Assembly (NCBI GenBank): GCA_964019425.1 | Contig: OZ025802.1 | Span: 1,178,001 to 1,232,644 of the forward strand | Length of the DNA stretch: 54,644 nt | DNA from: Flectonema sp. DT1601 | Taxonomy: Eukaryota | Direction: 5' to 3' | Part shown: positions 21,851 to 36,424 of the stretch, in pieces | How the letters are laid out: the number at the start of each line of letters is the position of its first letter | Position numbering within the stretch: the first letter of the stretch is position 1 | Made by a program: the position numbers and the translations under genes | The notes under the pieces: generated by a model | What the model was told of the DNA's origin: nothing | Databases searched by the model: none | What the model saw: the letters and a program-made list of their open reading frames with translations, nothing else

Positions 21851-24800
21851 ATGGATAATCGATTGAAGTATATCAGAAATCGACTCTTGGATATATTCCA
21901 AGCTCAGGGGGCTAAGTTAACAAACGACTCAAACACCGATGCTAAAACAGCTGAAGAAGCAGCTCAAGAAGAACGTGCGATGCGAAGAATAATTGAAAAA
22001 ACACTTTCAGACAATGAAGCTGTCGTGAAGTCATGGTTGAATGGACAGAGTGATATTAAGCATCTCAACTTCTATTTGAATGTGGCAGGTGATGATTTGA
22101 TTTTATCAAAGAGTAAACCTGACATAGCAAACACTAAAATTGTTTGGGTACTTCGTAACTGTAATTCACAAGTTGGAATGAAAGACAGCGAGTACGTCAA
22201 TGAGTTGATATTTCATGTTGTCGAAGGACTCCCTCTGGTTCATGAAGAGTTGATGCTGCGAGAAGTCTACTTGCCGCTATTTAAAAAACAAAGAGAATGG
22301 GGGGTTGCTGGACAAAACACTCGAAAAACATTTTTAAAAAAGTGCTATGCTCATCAGGAATTGCTTGAAAAAGCAATAGACGAGTCAGCCCAACCTGGAA
22401 CAGAAATCTGTATTGAAGAGGTTGAAGAAGAAGTTATGATCAGATTGCCTACTAATGGTGTTTACAGTAAGGTCATTAGTGATACAAAACTGATTTCTAA
22501 GTTTGAAGAATACGCTGGAAAATGGATACAGCAATGCAAGACAGTTATTGATGAAAAACCAGACTACGCTACTATGACCCCTGAAAATATCCCTGAAGAG
22601 AAAGGTCCTTCCCAAGAACCTCAGAGATGGAAAGATCGCTTAGCAAAATTTTCAAACTTAACTCAGCAACTAAATTCATCATCTGTTCACACCACCAGAT
22701 CATTTCTTACTTATTGTAATTCTTCAATTGTCGCAGAATGGAATATTATTGAAGCCCAACTAACTGACGCAATCAACGAAGCAAAAGAAAATGTTAAATA
22801 CTTGGCATCCTTCGAGAAGTACATGATCCCATTATACTCTGGACAACCTGTTTTAATAATGCAAGTACTCCCATCACTAATTAGTCATATACAACTTATG
22901 TATAACATCTCAAGGTACTACTCTGGAGGAACAGGGTCGGAACCAGAAGTAATAAGCGAGCAAAGAACAGAAAGGATGACGAGACTGTTTTGTTTACTAA
23001 CAAATCGATTAATTGTAACATGTAAAGATAGTATTAAAGAAGGAGGAAAACTATGGCATCAAGCAATGGATCCAACTAACTTAGAAACACTCATAACTCG
23101 ATTAGAAGATTGCAGACAGCTTCGTCATATTTATAAACAAGAATACGAAAGAGCTCAAACTAGACTGTCAGAACGACCTCAAGGACCTCAATTTGACTTC
23201 GCTTACAGACACATATTCGGTCGAATTGATCTGTTTTGTAGGAGAATTGATAAGCTGATTGAAATTTTTACAACAATAAATCAATTTAAATCACTTGGTA
23301 GATACGATATTGACGACATGGACCAGATCCTTGCTCGTTTTAACGAAATAGTTGAAATATTAAAAAAGAATACATCCTGTGGAGGGCTTGATGGGAAGTC
23401 TGATGACCTCCTGGATTATACTAGACCGTCATTCGATAAGGAATATAATGAATTTGGGAAGCAAATAGCGGAATTGGAGAGTTCATTGCAAGTTTTCATT
23501 AATAGTCGATTTGAGAATATCTCGTCTACTGAGAGTGCTTTGACTCTTTTGAAAAAGTTTCAAATTATACTTCACCAGCCCCATTTGAAGCAAGATTTAG
23601 AAAGTAAATACTTAGTAATATTTCACAACTACGGACTTGATTTGGAACTTATCCACAAAACATTTGACCGATTAAAATCAAATCCACCTCTAATCCGAAA
23701 TGCTACAAAGGTCGCAGGAAGCATCATGTGGGCTAGACAACTCCTGAGAAAAGTTGAAGAACCAATGAAAATATTTCAAGCAAACAAATCAACGATGATA
23801 AATCAAAAAGAAAGCAAGAAAATCGTCAGAACATACAACAGGATAAGTCGTTGGTTAGTAGAATATGAACAACTTTGGTACAATGCTTGGCTACAATCAA
23901 TTGAGGTTGCACGTCAAGGTCTCAACGCCACTCTAATAGTAAAACACGATGGTAAATTCTTCGTTAATTTCGATATTGAGATATTATCATTAATTAAAGA
24001 AGCAAAGGGAATGGCCCTCTTGGGATCTCCAACACTTCCGTTACCACAGGCGGCGAGAATGATATTAATTCAAGAAAAGAAGTTTAAAAGAGTCTACAAC
24101 GAGCTCTCATTCACTTTAAGAGAATACCAAAGAGTGGTCGACAGAGTGATTCCGATAACTAGAAATATTCTTTCACAGCAGCTGTTAGAACTGGATGAGA
24201 TTACAAAACAGGGTGAGCTGTCACTAACATGGACGTCACTGACTATTGATAATTACATTGAAAGACTTAACAATGGAGTTCAAAAATTAGATTCAATAGT
24301 AAAGAAAGTAAACGACATCATCACCGATAGGATCCAGGCTAATTTAAAAACTATTTCAAACACACTTTTAGTTGACATTCCTCTAAACGTCAGCTTCTCA
24401 TTAGATCAGTTTATAAGTCTACAAGAGAGACATGTTCAATCACAGTATCAACTTATTAATATAAAAAATAAAGAGGTTGAACAAGCCATAGATGATGTCA
24501 ACCTCACAGTCTTGCATCATCAATCAAGCGTTGAGACGTCATCTAATACGATGACTGCAGCTCAAAATTTAAAAAGTCACTTTCACATGCTACTTCTAAA
24601 AGCAATTCTCGCAGCTGCTACCAGAAGTTTAAAACTTATTAAAAAACGTGTCGGTACCAGGCATCGATCTGGAGGATTCATGTTTATTGATAAACCGTTT
24701 TTTGATGTGAATGTTGAATTGGCAGCTGATAAAGTAATACTTCACCCTTCACTTGAAGAAGTTCAAAAAGCAATAAATTTTACAGCAAACAGTGTCTTGA

Positions 24801-27800
24801 TCTGCTCTCGTACATTAGAGACTTGGAACATACCTGACGCACCTCTTTCATTCTTTAAGGAAATAACTCGTAATAGAGAAATTGTTAAGTTAGTGTTGCT
24901 TTTAACTGGAGGAATCTACATCCTTAAAACTCAAGTCGGAGACTATACTTCTTCGTTCAACAGACATGAGTATCTGTGGAAACTTGATAGAGAAGAAGAA
25001 TACAATCATTTTGTTAGTACCAATCCTCCACTAGCAGCCTTTGATTCTGAACTAAAGAAGTATCTCGCAATCGAGACAGAGATTGACTCGATTAGCATCT
25101 TTCACACAATTGGATCTCTTTCTTTAAACACAACTCCTTTGAAGAATGCTCTTAAGAAAGTAGCACGTGAGTGGAGGACTATCTACGCAAAGAATTTACA
25201 TGCAAAGGCACAAAAGGAACTTGGATTGCTGATGAATGAGATGGACGAATGGAGTAAAAAATTATCAATTGACGTGACTGACAGTTTAGTTGATTTAAAA
25301 CATTTAATGGAAACTTTGACGATCATCAGAGAAAGTGAAAGTGAAATTGATCATCGATTCGAACCCGTTCAAGAAATGTACGACATTCTTCGAAACCCAC
25401 AATATGAAACAAACTTAGTTACGATAGAAGAGTTTGAACGCGTTGGAGAACTTCGTTTTAACTGGCGTAGACTGCGATCACTATGTGAACGCCGTGGAGA
25501 TCAAGTGTCAATACTTCAACATGGATTTAAAAGAGATTTAATGCAAGCTGTTCAACGATTCTCAACTGATGTAATCGTCTTTAGAAATGACTACAACGCT
25601 CATGGACCAACAGTTCCAGGAATCACTCCTGAAGAAGCAATGAATAGACTTAAGAAGTACACTCGAGTATTCGAAGATAAGTATAGAAAATGGAAAACTT
25701 TAATGTCGGGAGAAGTCTTGTTCGGATTACCCGGACATAAGTATCCTGAATTGGCAGCGACTGCTCTCGAACTCGGTCATTTAGAAAAATTGTATTCTCT
25801 ATACGTTCATGTTAGGCAAAGAATAAAAGGATACGAAGACATTCTCTGGGCTGACTTAGTAAAAACAAGAGGATTCCAAGACATCGAAGTCGAATGCAAA
25901 GTCTTCGCAGAGCAATGTAGAGGTTTAGCCAAGGGATTGAAACAATGGACTGCTTACAAAGAATTAGAGCAAACGATTAACAGTTTTGGTTTACTGAGAC
26001 CGCTACTTTCATGTCTTGCAAATGAACATGTGAAACCACGTCATTGGAATGAGTTGATGGACATTACAAAATTTCAATGGAAACTTGATACTGATGTATT
26101 CAAACTTGGTAATATTATCGAAGCGAACATCATTCAACATTCAGAAGCCGTAGAAGAAATCGCATTGAAAGCTGAAAAAGAAGCACAGGTAGAAACACTC
26201 ATCAAAGTCCGCATCCAAGAAGAATGGGAAGAACGCTGCTTCGTTTTTGAAGAATGGCGAGGACGAGGACTACTTCTATTGAATGGAAATGCCATCACTG
26301 AAGTAAAAGAGACGCTTGATGAGTCTCAAATGCTGCTCGGATCAGTCAATCCTCGATACATGGATCCGTTTAAAGAAACGGTTAAACTTTGGATGCAGAA
26401 ATTAGTAACGGCTGATAAAACAATAAACCTTTGGCTTGAAGTTCAACAAAACTGGCAAGCACTTGAGGCAGTCTTCTCTGGGGGTGACATCACAAAACAA
26501 CTCCCCAACGAAGCTAAAAAGTTTAATCAAATTGATAAACAATGGTTTAAGATTATGACAAAAGCATTAGAAGTAAAGAACGTTATCTCATTTTGTTATG
26601 AAAATGAAATTCTATCTGGTCTCAGCCTCATGCGAGACGGTCTCGAAAACGTTCAACGTCAGTTATCTGCGTATTTGGAAACAAAAAAGAGATGCTTTCC
26701 AAGATTCTACTTCGTCGCTGATAAAGAACTTTTAGATATTTTATCTCAAGCATCAGATCCAACTGCTATTCAACAGTACGTAAAGAAACTCTTTGATGGA
26801 GTTTCTCATGTTACTTTCTACAGAATAAAACCAAAAGAGTCTGGAGCTAAACCGGAAGTATCTGTCACCGTCTTGGGATCACCAGAAGGAGAATCACTTC
26901 CACTTATTGACAACGTTCATTGCAGAGGACATGTTGAGGAATGGCTACAGATTCTTGTCAAACAAATGCACTACACAGTGAAGAACAGAATCAGCCATAT
27001 TGCTATCGAGTTAGACGCTCTTCGAAAACAAGAATCTCCATTCTTTGACGGAGTTTACATGCAACACCTAATCGATAAGTACCCATCACAGTGTGTGTTA
27101 CTGGCTATTCAGATGTTGTGGACTGCTGATATATCTGATTATATTGTTCAAACACAACTATCTAGACGAAAGGAAAAAATGAGAGAACTCGGTAAAGAAA
27201 CTGGCAAAGATGGAAGATTCCCAGCCCTGCTCGACTTCTTAATTCACAAGACTAGAGATGCTTCTCTCAATTCTAGACAGCGGACAAACATTGAAACTTT
27301 AGTAACAATCCATGTACACCAATTGGAAATTTGGAGAAAGGTAATTTTAAATAATAAATCACCCATCAGAGATAAGAATAGTTTTGATTGGCTAAGACAA
27401 GTCCGATTCTACTTCCTACCTGACAAGGAAGCAGCATTAGTATCACTTTGTGATACTGACATGGAATACTGTAATGAATATTTAGGAGTCAAAGAAAGAC
27501 TTGTAATCACTCCTTTAACAGACAGATGCTACATCACTTTGAGTCAAGCCCTAGCAATGAAGATGGGTGGAGCACCTGCTGGTCCAGCTGGAACAGGAAA
27601 GACAGAAACAACAAAGGATCTTGGTAGAACGTATGGAATATACGTAGTAGTCTTTAATTGCTCTGATCAATGGGATCGAAATGCGATGGGTAAAATAGTT
27701 AAGGGATTAGCACAAGCCAACGCCTGGGGTTGTTTTGACGAGTTCAACAGAATTGAATTACCCGTCTTATCTGTTGTCGCTCAACAGATGGAATGTGTTT

Positions 27801-30800
27801 TAAAGGCACTCAAAGAACACAAACAGGAATTCAAATTCGTTGATGATCAAGTATGGCCATTAAAATCTGGAGTGGGTTACTTCATAACAATGAACCCTGG
27901 ATATGCTGGTCGTCATGAACTACCTGAGAATCTAAAAGTTTTATTCAGAGGAGTCACAATGATGGTACCTGATCGTCGGATTATTATAAAAGTGAAATTA
28001 GCATCAGCGGGATACACTGAAAAAGATATTTTATCAGAAAAGTTTTACCAACTTTATCAACTGTGTGAGCAACAGTTAAGTAAACAAAGACATTATGACT
28101 TTGGTTTGAGAAACATATTAAGTGTATTGAGATCATCAGGAAACAGACTACGAGCAGCTATGGAAACTTCTCGTACTAAAGACGGACGTGACTTTGAAGA
28201 AACTCTCTTCATGAGAACACTCCTTGATATGAATATGTCAAAACTAGTTTACGCAGACGTTCAACTGTTCCTTGACTTACTTAAGGATATCTTTCCAGGA
28301 CGATCACCCGATGCTAAACCAGATCAACGTCTGATGTCTTCACTAAAGGTTTCATGGGAACAGGATATGGGTTATTTATTTCATCAAAATCTTGTTGAGA
28401 AAGTTATTCAACTCTACGAAATATCAAAAGTCCGTCACGGAATAATGGTCGTTGGTTCTGCAATGTGTGGTAAGTCAGCTGTTTACAGTGGACTCCAAAA
28501 GAGTTTAACATCAATGACTGGGGGTAAGATTCAAATGGTTAGAATGTACCCAAAGGCTATCACTGCCCAGGAGATGTTTGGAAGATTAGACAGAGCTACT
28601 GGAGATTGGCATGATGGAGTGTTTTCACATATTTGGAAGAAATCTGTGACACTAAAGAATGATATTTGGATCGTATGTGATGGTCCTGTTGATGCTATCT
28701 GGATTGAGAATCTAAACACTGTACTTGATGACAACAGGTTACTAACACTAGCTGGAGGTGATAGGATCCCGATGACTGATCACATGAAGTGTTGCTTCGA
28801 AGTTGAGAATCTTAGAAATGCCTCTCCTGCCACAGTATCTCGTGCTGGTATTGTATACATCTCATCAAGAGTACTTGGATGGAAGCCAATCATTCAAGGG
28901 AAATTATACGCTCGTGAATCAGCTAAGGGAGGAACCATCCCAGCAGATGTTTATCGACCAGTTCCAAAACAACTCGCAGATCAATTCTTTCCTTTTTACA
29001 TCGAAGAGCATTCTCCTACTCGAAATGAAACTCGAGGAGGGTCGACAGAAGTTTCGAATTCTAACGTCAAAGATTCGATTATAACACAACAGGCTGAAAC
29101 TTATATTGATAAGGTTTGGCAAATATACACAAAAGGTTGTAAGGAAGAGATGAGAACATCACTTGCTCACTTAGCGACTAATAGTTTTACTTTAATTGCG
29201 TCTTTGATCCAGCAAGGAATCGCAGGAGGAAGAGATTCTAACTCCTGGGGACACTCGTTGGTAAGTAAAGTGTTTTGGTTCGCTATTATATGGTCGTTTG
29301 GAGGTATGCTCGACCAAACTGATCAATCGACATTCGGAAGACTTGGTTTCGATGCTAAACTTCGTACAATTGCTCCTTCGCTACCTGGAGATCCTTCAAA
29401 GGGAGAAACTATATTCGATTTCTACATCGACATTGCCAGAGACAGTTGGGTGAAGTGGGAGACTCTTGTAGATCCCTGGACATACCCAGGTGATGAAAAA
29501 TTACGATTCTCATCCTTATTCATTCCAACAGTCGACTCAGCTCGTATTGACTTCCTACTGAAGTCTTATTTTATGCAACAAAAACCTGTTCTTCTTTTCG
29601 GAGATCTCGGAACAGCAAAAACCGTTAGCATCGAACACTTCTTATCGTCAATGAACAAAATAAAAGAACTACCTGACTGTGATTCCTTAGCAAGCAAGAA
29701 AGTTAGTTTTTCATACGCCACTACTCCGAGATTGTTTTATGAGGCAATCGAAGAAATAATTGAAAAACGGATCGGTAGCCGGGCATACGGACCAAAAAGA
29801 GATAAGAAACTAGTGTTGTTCGTAGATGACTTGAACATGCCTGAAATTAATGAATGGGGCGATCAAATAACAAATGAAATCGTTAGAGAAGTAATAAGTG
29901 ACAGAGGATACTACAGCTTAGATAAAGACAGTGAGTTTAAACAATTCATTGATATGATGTATATGGCTGCTATGTCGAAACCTGGAGGAGGTAAAAATGA
30001 CATCCCGGATCGATTAAAAAGACATTTCGCAACACTCTGCGTTCCACTTCCAACTGATACATCCTTAATGCAAATTTACAACTCTATCTACAGAGGTAGG
30101 TTTTCTAATAGCGTTTATTCACCTAGATTACAATGGGTGTCTAGACAGCTTACAGCGATTAGTATTGATTGTTGGAGATTGATATCAGCAAAAATGCTTC
30201 CGACTCCGCAAAAATTCCACTACATCTTCAACCTACGAGACTTAACTAATATATGTCAAGGTATTATGAAGGCAGATAAGGTTGTGTTCTGTGGTGATCC
30301 GAGAGACGGGATTGAGGCTCCACAGTACCCTGATGTTCTTCTAATTAGATTGTGGAAACACGAAGCTAGTAGAGTATTCGCTGATAAATTAAATGATGAG
30401 GAAGATAAGAAATGGTATAAAAACCTGATTCAAGAAAAGGTTTCAGAGTATTTCAGTGAGAATCCTTATGGTGAAGACTACGCTAATCAGGTTCCAGAAT
30501 CGAGTTATTTTGTTGATTTTATGTCAGGGCAAGAGATTGATCCTGAAACAGGAAACGAACTGGAAGCCTCCCATCACAAGAGCTACCAACCTGTTGAATC
30601 ACTCACGCATATTAAAAACAAACTACTGTCAATGCTTCAGATGTATAATGCTACTGAAGGAAAGGTAAAGAAATTGAATCTTGTATTGTTCGATGCAGCA
30701 ATCAAACACGTAGTTCGAATCACACGTGTCTTAACAACAAGAAGAGGAAATATGTTATTAGTTGGTGTTGGAGGTAGTGGAAAACAATCACTAACTAGAC

Positions 30801-33800
30801 TGTCAACCTTTATAGCAGATTATCACTTATTTCAGATTAGCGTATCGAAGAGTTATGGAACTCCTCAATTATTTGATGATTTGAGAGAGTTGTATCGAAT
30901 TGCTGGTTTGAAGAGACCAGCGACTTTCATCATAACTGACAATGAGATCCTCCAAGAGAAGTTCTTAGAATACATCAATAGCTTTCTATCAACTGGTGAG
31001 ATACCTGGACTTTGGGAACGAGACCCTTCAGAAAAAGAAGACGTCATTGGATCTGTTTTAAGTATCGCAAAGAAGGAACTATCAACACGCTGTGAACAAA
31101 CAAGTGATTTCTTGTGGAACTATTTTGTCAAACGTGTTTGTGATAATCTTCATATCGTACTCTGCTTCAGTCCAGTTGGAGTTAAGTTTAGAAGAAGAGC
31201 GAGACAGTTTCCATCTATTATATCAAACTGTGTCATTGATTGGTTCTTTCCATGGCCTGCTACTGCTTTGAAGGAAGTTGCTGCCTTTCAACTCGGTCGA
31301 CTACAACTTGACTGCGGAGGTCGCAGCGAAGAAGATGTTCGCAGCAAACTCTTGGAACTGATTGCCGGATTCCACGAAGCGTTAGTACAACAGGGAAATG
31401 AATACTTCGTCAGATTTAGAAGAACGGTGTTTACAACACCAAAGTCGTACTTATCATTCTTAAACAGCTACAAGACCATCTACCTCAACAAATACAGAGC
31501 AATAAAAGAAGGAGCAACGAAGGTTGACAAAGGTCTACACAAACTTGTAGACGCTGGTAAAATGATAAAAGCAATGCAAGCAGAAATGCTCGAACAAGAA
31601 AAGGCAATGCTCCTCAGACAGCGTGAGATTGAAGTACAATTAGTTGAAGTGAAGGAAGCATCAATTCAAGCTGAAACAAAACAAGCAGAAGTCAGTGGTG
31701 TAAAGGACGAACTTGCTAAGAATGCTGCTCAAGTTCAAGAAAAGAAAGACGAAGCCAACAAAGACTTAGAAGCAGCTCTTCCAGCTCTTGAAGAAGCGAG
31801 ATCAGCTGCTAATGACATCACACCATCAGACTTGAAAGAGTTACAGGCATCAACTAACAACCCAGCACATCTAACTCGTGTTGTGATGGATGGAGTTCTT
31901 ATATTACTTCACAATGCTGTAGTTCATCCTGTTTCTACTTCTGATCTTAGAAAGTCTGGTCGTCAGATGGGAAAAGGAAACGGATTTATTACTCCAACTT
32001 GGGATATTAAATCAAACGACCCAAAGTTTGGACTTCCTCCGTACGGTGGTGGCGGTAAAAAGTTTATTAGTAACTCTGATTGTGTTAAACAGATTTTAGA
32101 ATTTACTGAACGTCGCAAGGATCATATCAACGAAGAGACTTGTGAACTTCTCGATCCATACATCGATCTCGCAGAGTTTAATTATGATGACGCTTGGAGT
32201 ACCAGTCATGCTCTGGGTGGATTGTGTAAGTGGGTGGTGTCGATGTATAATTATATTAAAATAGCGAGAGTCGTTGAACCAAAAATGATTCGTCTTCGCG
32301 AAATGGAATCTCAGCTTCACGCGGCTCAATTAAAGCTTCGAGAGAAGGAAGCAGAACTTACTGCTGTCAACCTCGAAAAACAAAAACAAAGCGATCGACT
32401 ATCTGAAAAAGAACTTGAGCTCCAAGGAATGGAACAACGAGCAGTCGAGACAGCAAGACGTGTAAACAAAGCTGATGGATTGATTGAAGATCTACGAGGT
32501 GAAAGAGATCGATGGACACTTCAATTCGAAGCAAACAAAGATACGATAAAACGATTGATTGGAGACGTTGCTGTCTGTGGAGCCTTCACAATGTATTGCG
32601 GTCCTTTTAATTCAGAATTCAGGAGTCACATTCTACACAAAGTGTTAATAGCAAGATGTGGACAGCTGAACATTCCAGTGACTGAAACTATCGGAAATCC
32701 AAAAGAAATCGTTCGATTCTTAGTTGATGAACAACAAATAACTGATTGGCAACTAGAAGGACTACCAACAGATGAACACAGTATTCAGAATGCTATTATG
32801 ATAAGTCAAAATGTGTTTATGGATCCCCCAAAGTATCCATTGTTGATTGATCCTCAAGGTCAGGGGATTGCTTGGCTCAAACAGGCTAAATTCCCATCAA
32901 GAGAAAATAATCAAATAGACGACAGCGTACCAGGTGCTGCTATTGGAGTCTCAGGAGATGATGCTTTCGATGGAGCTGATGAACTCCCTTCAGTTAGAGT
33001 GAGTCATCTGAATGATAGAAATCTTATGAAGTATCTACAACAACAAATGGAAGCAGGAAAGACTCTTCTTATTGAGAATGTTGGTCACGAACTCGATCCA
33101 GTTCTTGATCCTGTCCTTGATCATTGCATTGCTAAAGGTAGAAAACCTTACATACCAATTCAAAGTGATGTTGGTTCAGATTTCAGATTAGACTACCACA
33201 GCAATTTCAAGATATTCTTCGCAACAAAACTACCGAATCCATTATTCTCACCAGAGCTATTTGCTAAAGTCTCAGTAATTGATTTCACTGTTACGATGAC
33301 AGGATTAGAACAACAGTTGTTGAGCGACGTTATTGGAAAGGAAAGGAAAGAACTCGAGGAAGAACGACTTCGACTGATTGAAAAAATGAATGAAAATAAG
33401 AAAATGTTATCATCACTGGAGGATAAACTCCTCACACAATTATCAACTTCCAGCACTAACTTGATAGATGATGATGATTTGATTACTACTTTAGCAGAGA
33501 ATAAGAAAAGGTCAGGTGAACTAACTGAAAAACAAACAGTTGCGGAAGAAACACGTCGTCGAATCCACTCCGCGTCACTTGAGTACCTACCTGTGGCTAT
33601 AAGAGGTTCAGTGTTATATTTTCTTATAGTTGAATTGAGTTTAATCAGCCCAATGTATCAAACAAGTTTATTACAATTCCGAGGACTATTCGATCGTGCG
33701 ATTAGAGAAGTCGACGTCTCTTTAATTGCTCAAAAGAGAATCGAATCGATCGTTAACAAAATGACTCACTTGGTCTTCACCTACATCGACTGTGGTCTAT

Positions 33801-36424
33801 TCGCCCGTCATAAGTTGTTATTCGTATTGTTGTTGGCTTGTAAGATTCTTCAAAGAGCCGATGAATTATCACCTGCGGCATTCCAAACACTTTTAAAGGG
33901 AGGTGCGCATCTTACAAAGCAAGATGTCCGCGCAAAACCAATACCATGGCTTCCTAATAAGTCTTGGTTGAATGTGATGGCAGCTCATAATGATGTTGCT
34001 AATCAGGTCTTTAAAAGACTTCCTGAGAGTTTTACCAGATATGGTAATGCTTGGAAGCAGTGGTACGATTCAGAAACTCCTGAAAACTTGGTACCACCAG
34101 ATTTAGATGATAAACTTGATTTGTTTGATCGATTACTTCTTGTTAGATGTCTACGTGAAGATCGAACGATGTTGGCTGCGAGGAATTTTGTTTCAGAGAT
34201 GTTAGGACCGGAATATGCGAACAGCCCAACTCTCGATTTTGATCATTTGGCTGAAACAAATGATCCTCTCACACCAATAATCTTTATATTATCACCTGGT
34301 TCTGATCCTACTCAAATGATTACGGGGATGGCTCGTCGTAAACGTAAGATAGTTCGCGACGTATCCATGGGTGAGGGACAAGAGATTCAAGCGATGTCAA
34401 TTATTAATCACATCTTACCAAATGGTGAATGGGCGTTACTTCAAAACTGTCATTTATCAATCGAATTCTTAACAGCACTCGAAGAAAAGCTTCTAAACTA
34501 CGAAGGTGAGAGAGATAAGGTTCATCCAGAAGCCAGGATTTGGATAACAGCGGAGCCTACGGTAAAATTCCCAATTGGATTACTTCAGGTAAGTGTTAAG
34601 TTAACTAACGAACCACCTGCTGGTATCAGAGCAGGTATCAGAAGAACCTTTGCACCAGGAAGTCAAGGAATCACTCAGGAACTTATAGAAGCATTTCGAA
34701 GACCAGAATGGAAACCACTCCTCGTTGCTCAAACCTTCCTTCACTCTCTTGTTCAAGAGCGTAGAAAGTTTGGTCCAATCGGTTTCTGTGTTCCGTATGA
34801 GTTCAACGCTGGAGACTTGACGGCTTCACTCATGTTCTTAAATAATCATTTTACTCAAATTGGAGATGAATATAAAAAAGAAAAAGCCGGTACACAAGTA
34901 TCCTGGGACACAATCAGATTTATGATTGCAAAGATTCAATACGGAGGTCGTATAACTGACAGCAAAGACGAAGAGTTGTTTGATGTCATCGCAGCGCATG
35001 TTTTATCACCGGATTTGGTTAGTGATAAACATCAGTTTGGAAAGGGATTTCCAATGCCTGTTTTTGATGAAATCTCAAAGTATAGAGAGTTCTTTGATAA
35101 CATATATCCTGATGTTGATCCTCCTGAGGTCTTTGGACTACACGCTAATGCTGACGTCGTGTATCGCAATCAGATGGTTTCTAATGTGCTGAGTACGATA
35201 ATTAATATTCAACCTAAAGACTCTGCCACAACAGCTGGTGGCAGTTCACGTGAGGAGGTAGTCGCAAATGAAGCAGCTCGACTGTTGAAAACTCTACCGA
35301 TAGAATGGTCGGATGATCAGGTTTGTTATTTTTATTTTTTATTTTTTTCAAATTAAAAAATTCGATTAAAAAAAAATTACAAAAACCACAAAAAACAGTT
35401 TCAAGAAGCAAAAGACTCTTTCAACAGCAGACCAAACGCTTATTTGACTTCCCCACTTACAATATTCTGGTCACAGGAAGTTGTTCGCTTAACAGTATGT
35501 GATTACAAAACAGCTTTAATAACTCTTCTTTATAAACAAAACAAATAATAAAACAGACCGCAATTCGTCTTATCAGAACTCAGTTGTCCGATCTGCAACT
35601 CGCAATCGCCGGAACAATCGTAATGTCGAGTAGTCTGCAGGTATGAAGAAATAGTTCTTTAAATGTGAAGATCTCTTCACTGTTTTATCTTCTGAGAAAC
35701 ACTACAAAATAAAACTACACAACTCAGGACACGCTCGACAGTCTCTTTGATGCAAAGATCCCTTCAGAATGGGAAGCCGTAACTTGGAGTGCTAATGTGT
35801 TAGGTTCCTGGTGGGTTAATCTACAGAAGCGTTTTACGCAACTTGATAAGTGTGTTTTTGGTTTTTGTTTTGTGTTAAACAAATGTGCTCAACCTTCTAA
35901 AATAAAATCATAACTACAACAGATGGATGAAAGAAGACAGACCTGCGAAGTACTGGTTAGCTGGGTTCTACAACCCTCAAGGATTTCTTACTTCAGTATC
36001 ACAAGAAGTAACCAGAGCACATGTTGGAGATAAAGAATGCTGGTCATTAGATGAAAGTGTGTTAGTGTCTGAAGTCACTAAACTCGATGAAAATGAAAAT
36101 GAGAAAATCCCATCTGAAGGAGTGTACGTGTTCGGTCTTTACTTAGACGGAGCTGGTTGGGATCGATTGAAGTGTCGCATCAGAGATCCTCTTCCTAAGG
36201 CGGAGCCTTCTAAGATGCCTCTTATTCATATTACGGCTGAAGCTGGAAAGCTGACCAAAACAATTAAAAAAACACCTTCTCGTATGGTAAATTGTGCAGT
36301 CTATCGATACCCTCAGAGAGGTGATGTTAATTGGGTCTTTGATTGCAGTCTAGGCATGGCTGAGGGAGACACTGCTCCAATGTGGGTTAGAAGAGGTATT
36401 GCTTTACTGTTGTCAGTTGATTAG
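21851..36424 (+). CDS. Axonemal outer-arm dynein heavy chain, DNAH5/DNAH8 (Chlamydomonas gamma) type, about 4757 aa; exons 21851-35320, 35399-35494, 35557-35640, 35728-35849, 35923-36424
   Basis: P-loops GPAGTGKTETTKDLG, GSAMCGKS, GDLGTAKT, GVGGSGKQS; WGCFDEFNRIELPVLSV; HYDFGLRNILSVLR; long N-terminal tail. Four GT-AG introns restore the frame and conserved C-terminal motifs (PLTIFWSQE, LQLAIAGTIVMS, W.AGFYNPQGFLT, WVRRGIALL). Confidence 0.97.
35321..35922 (+). other. Four spliceosomal introns of the dynein gene: 35321-35398, 35495-35556, 35641-35727, 35850-35922
   Basis: Donors GTTTGT, GTATGT, GTATGA, GTGTGT; acceptors AAACAG, AAACAG, ACTCAG, CAACAG; removal restores conserved dynein sequence. 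Confidence 0.92.
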
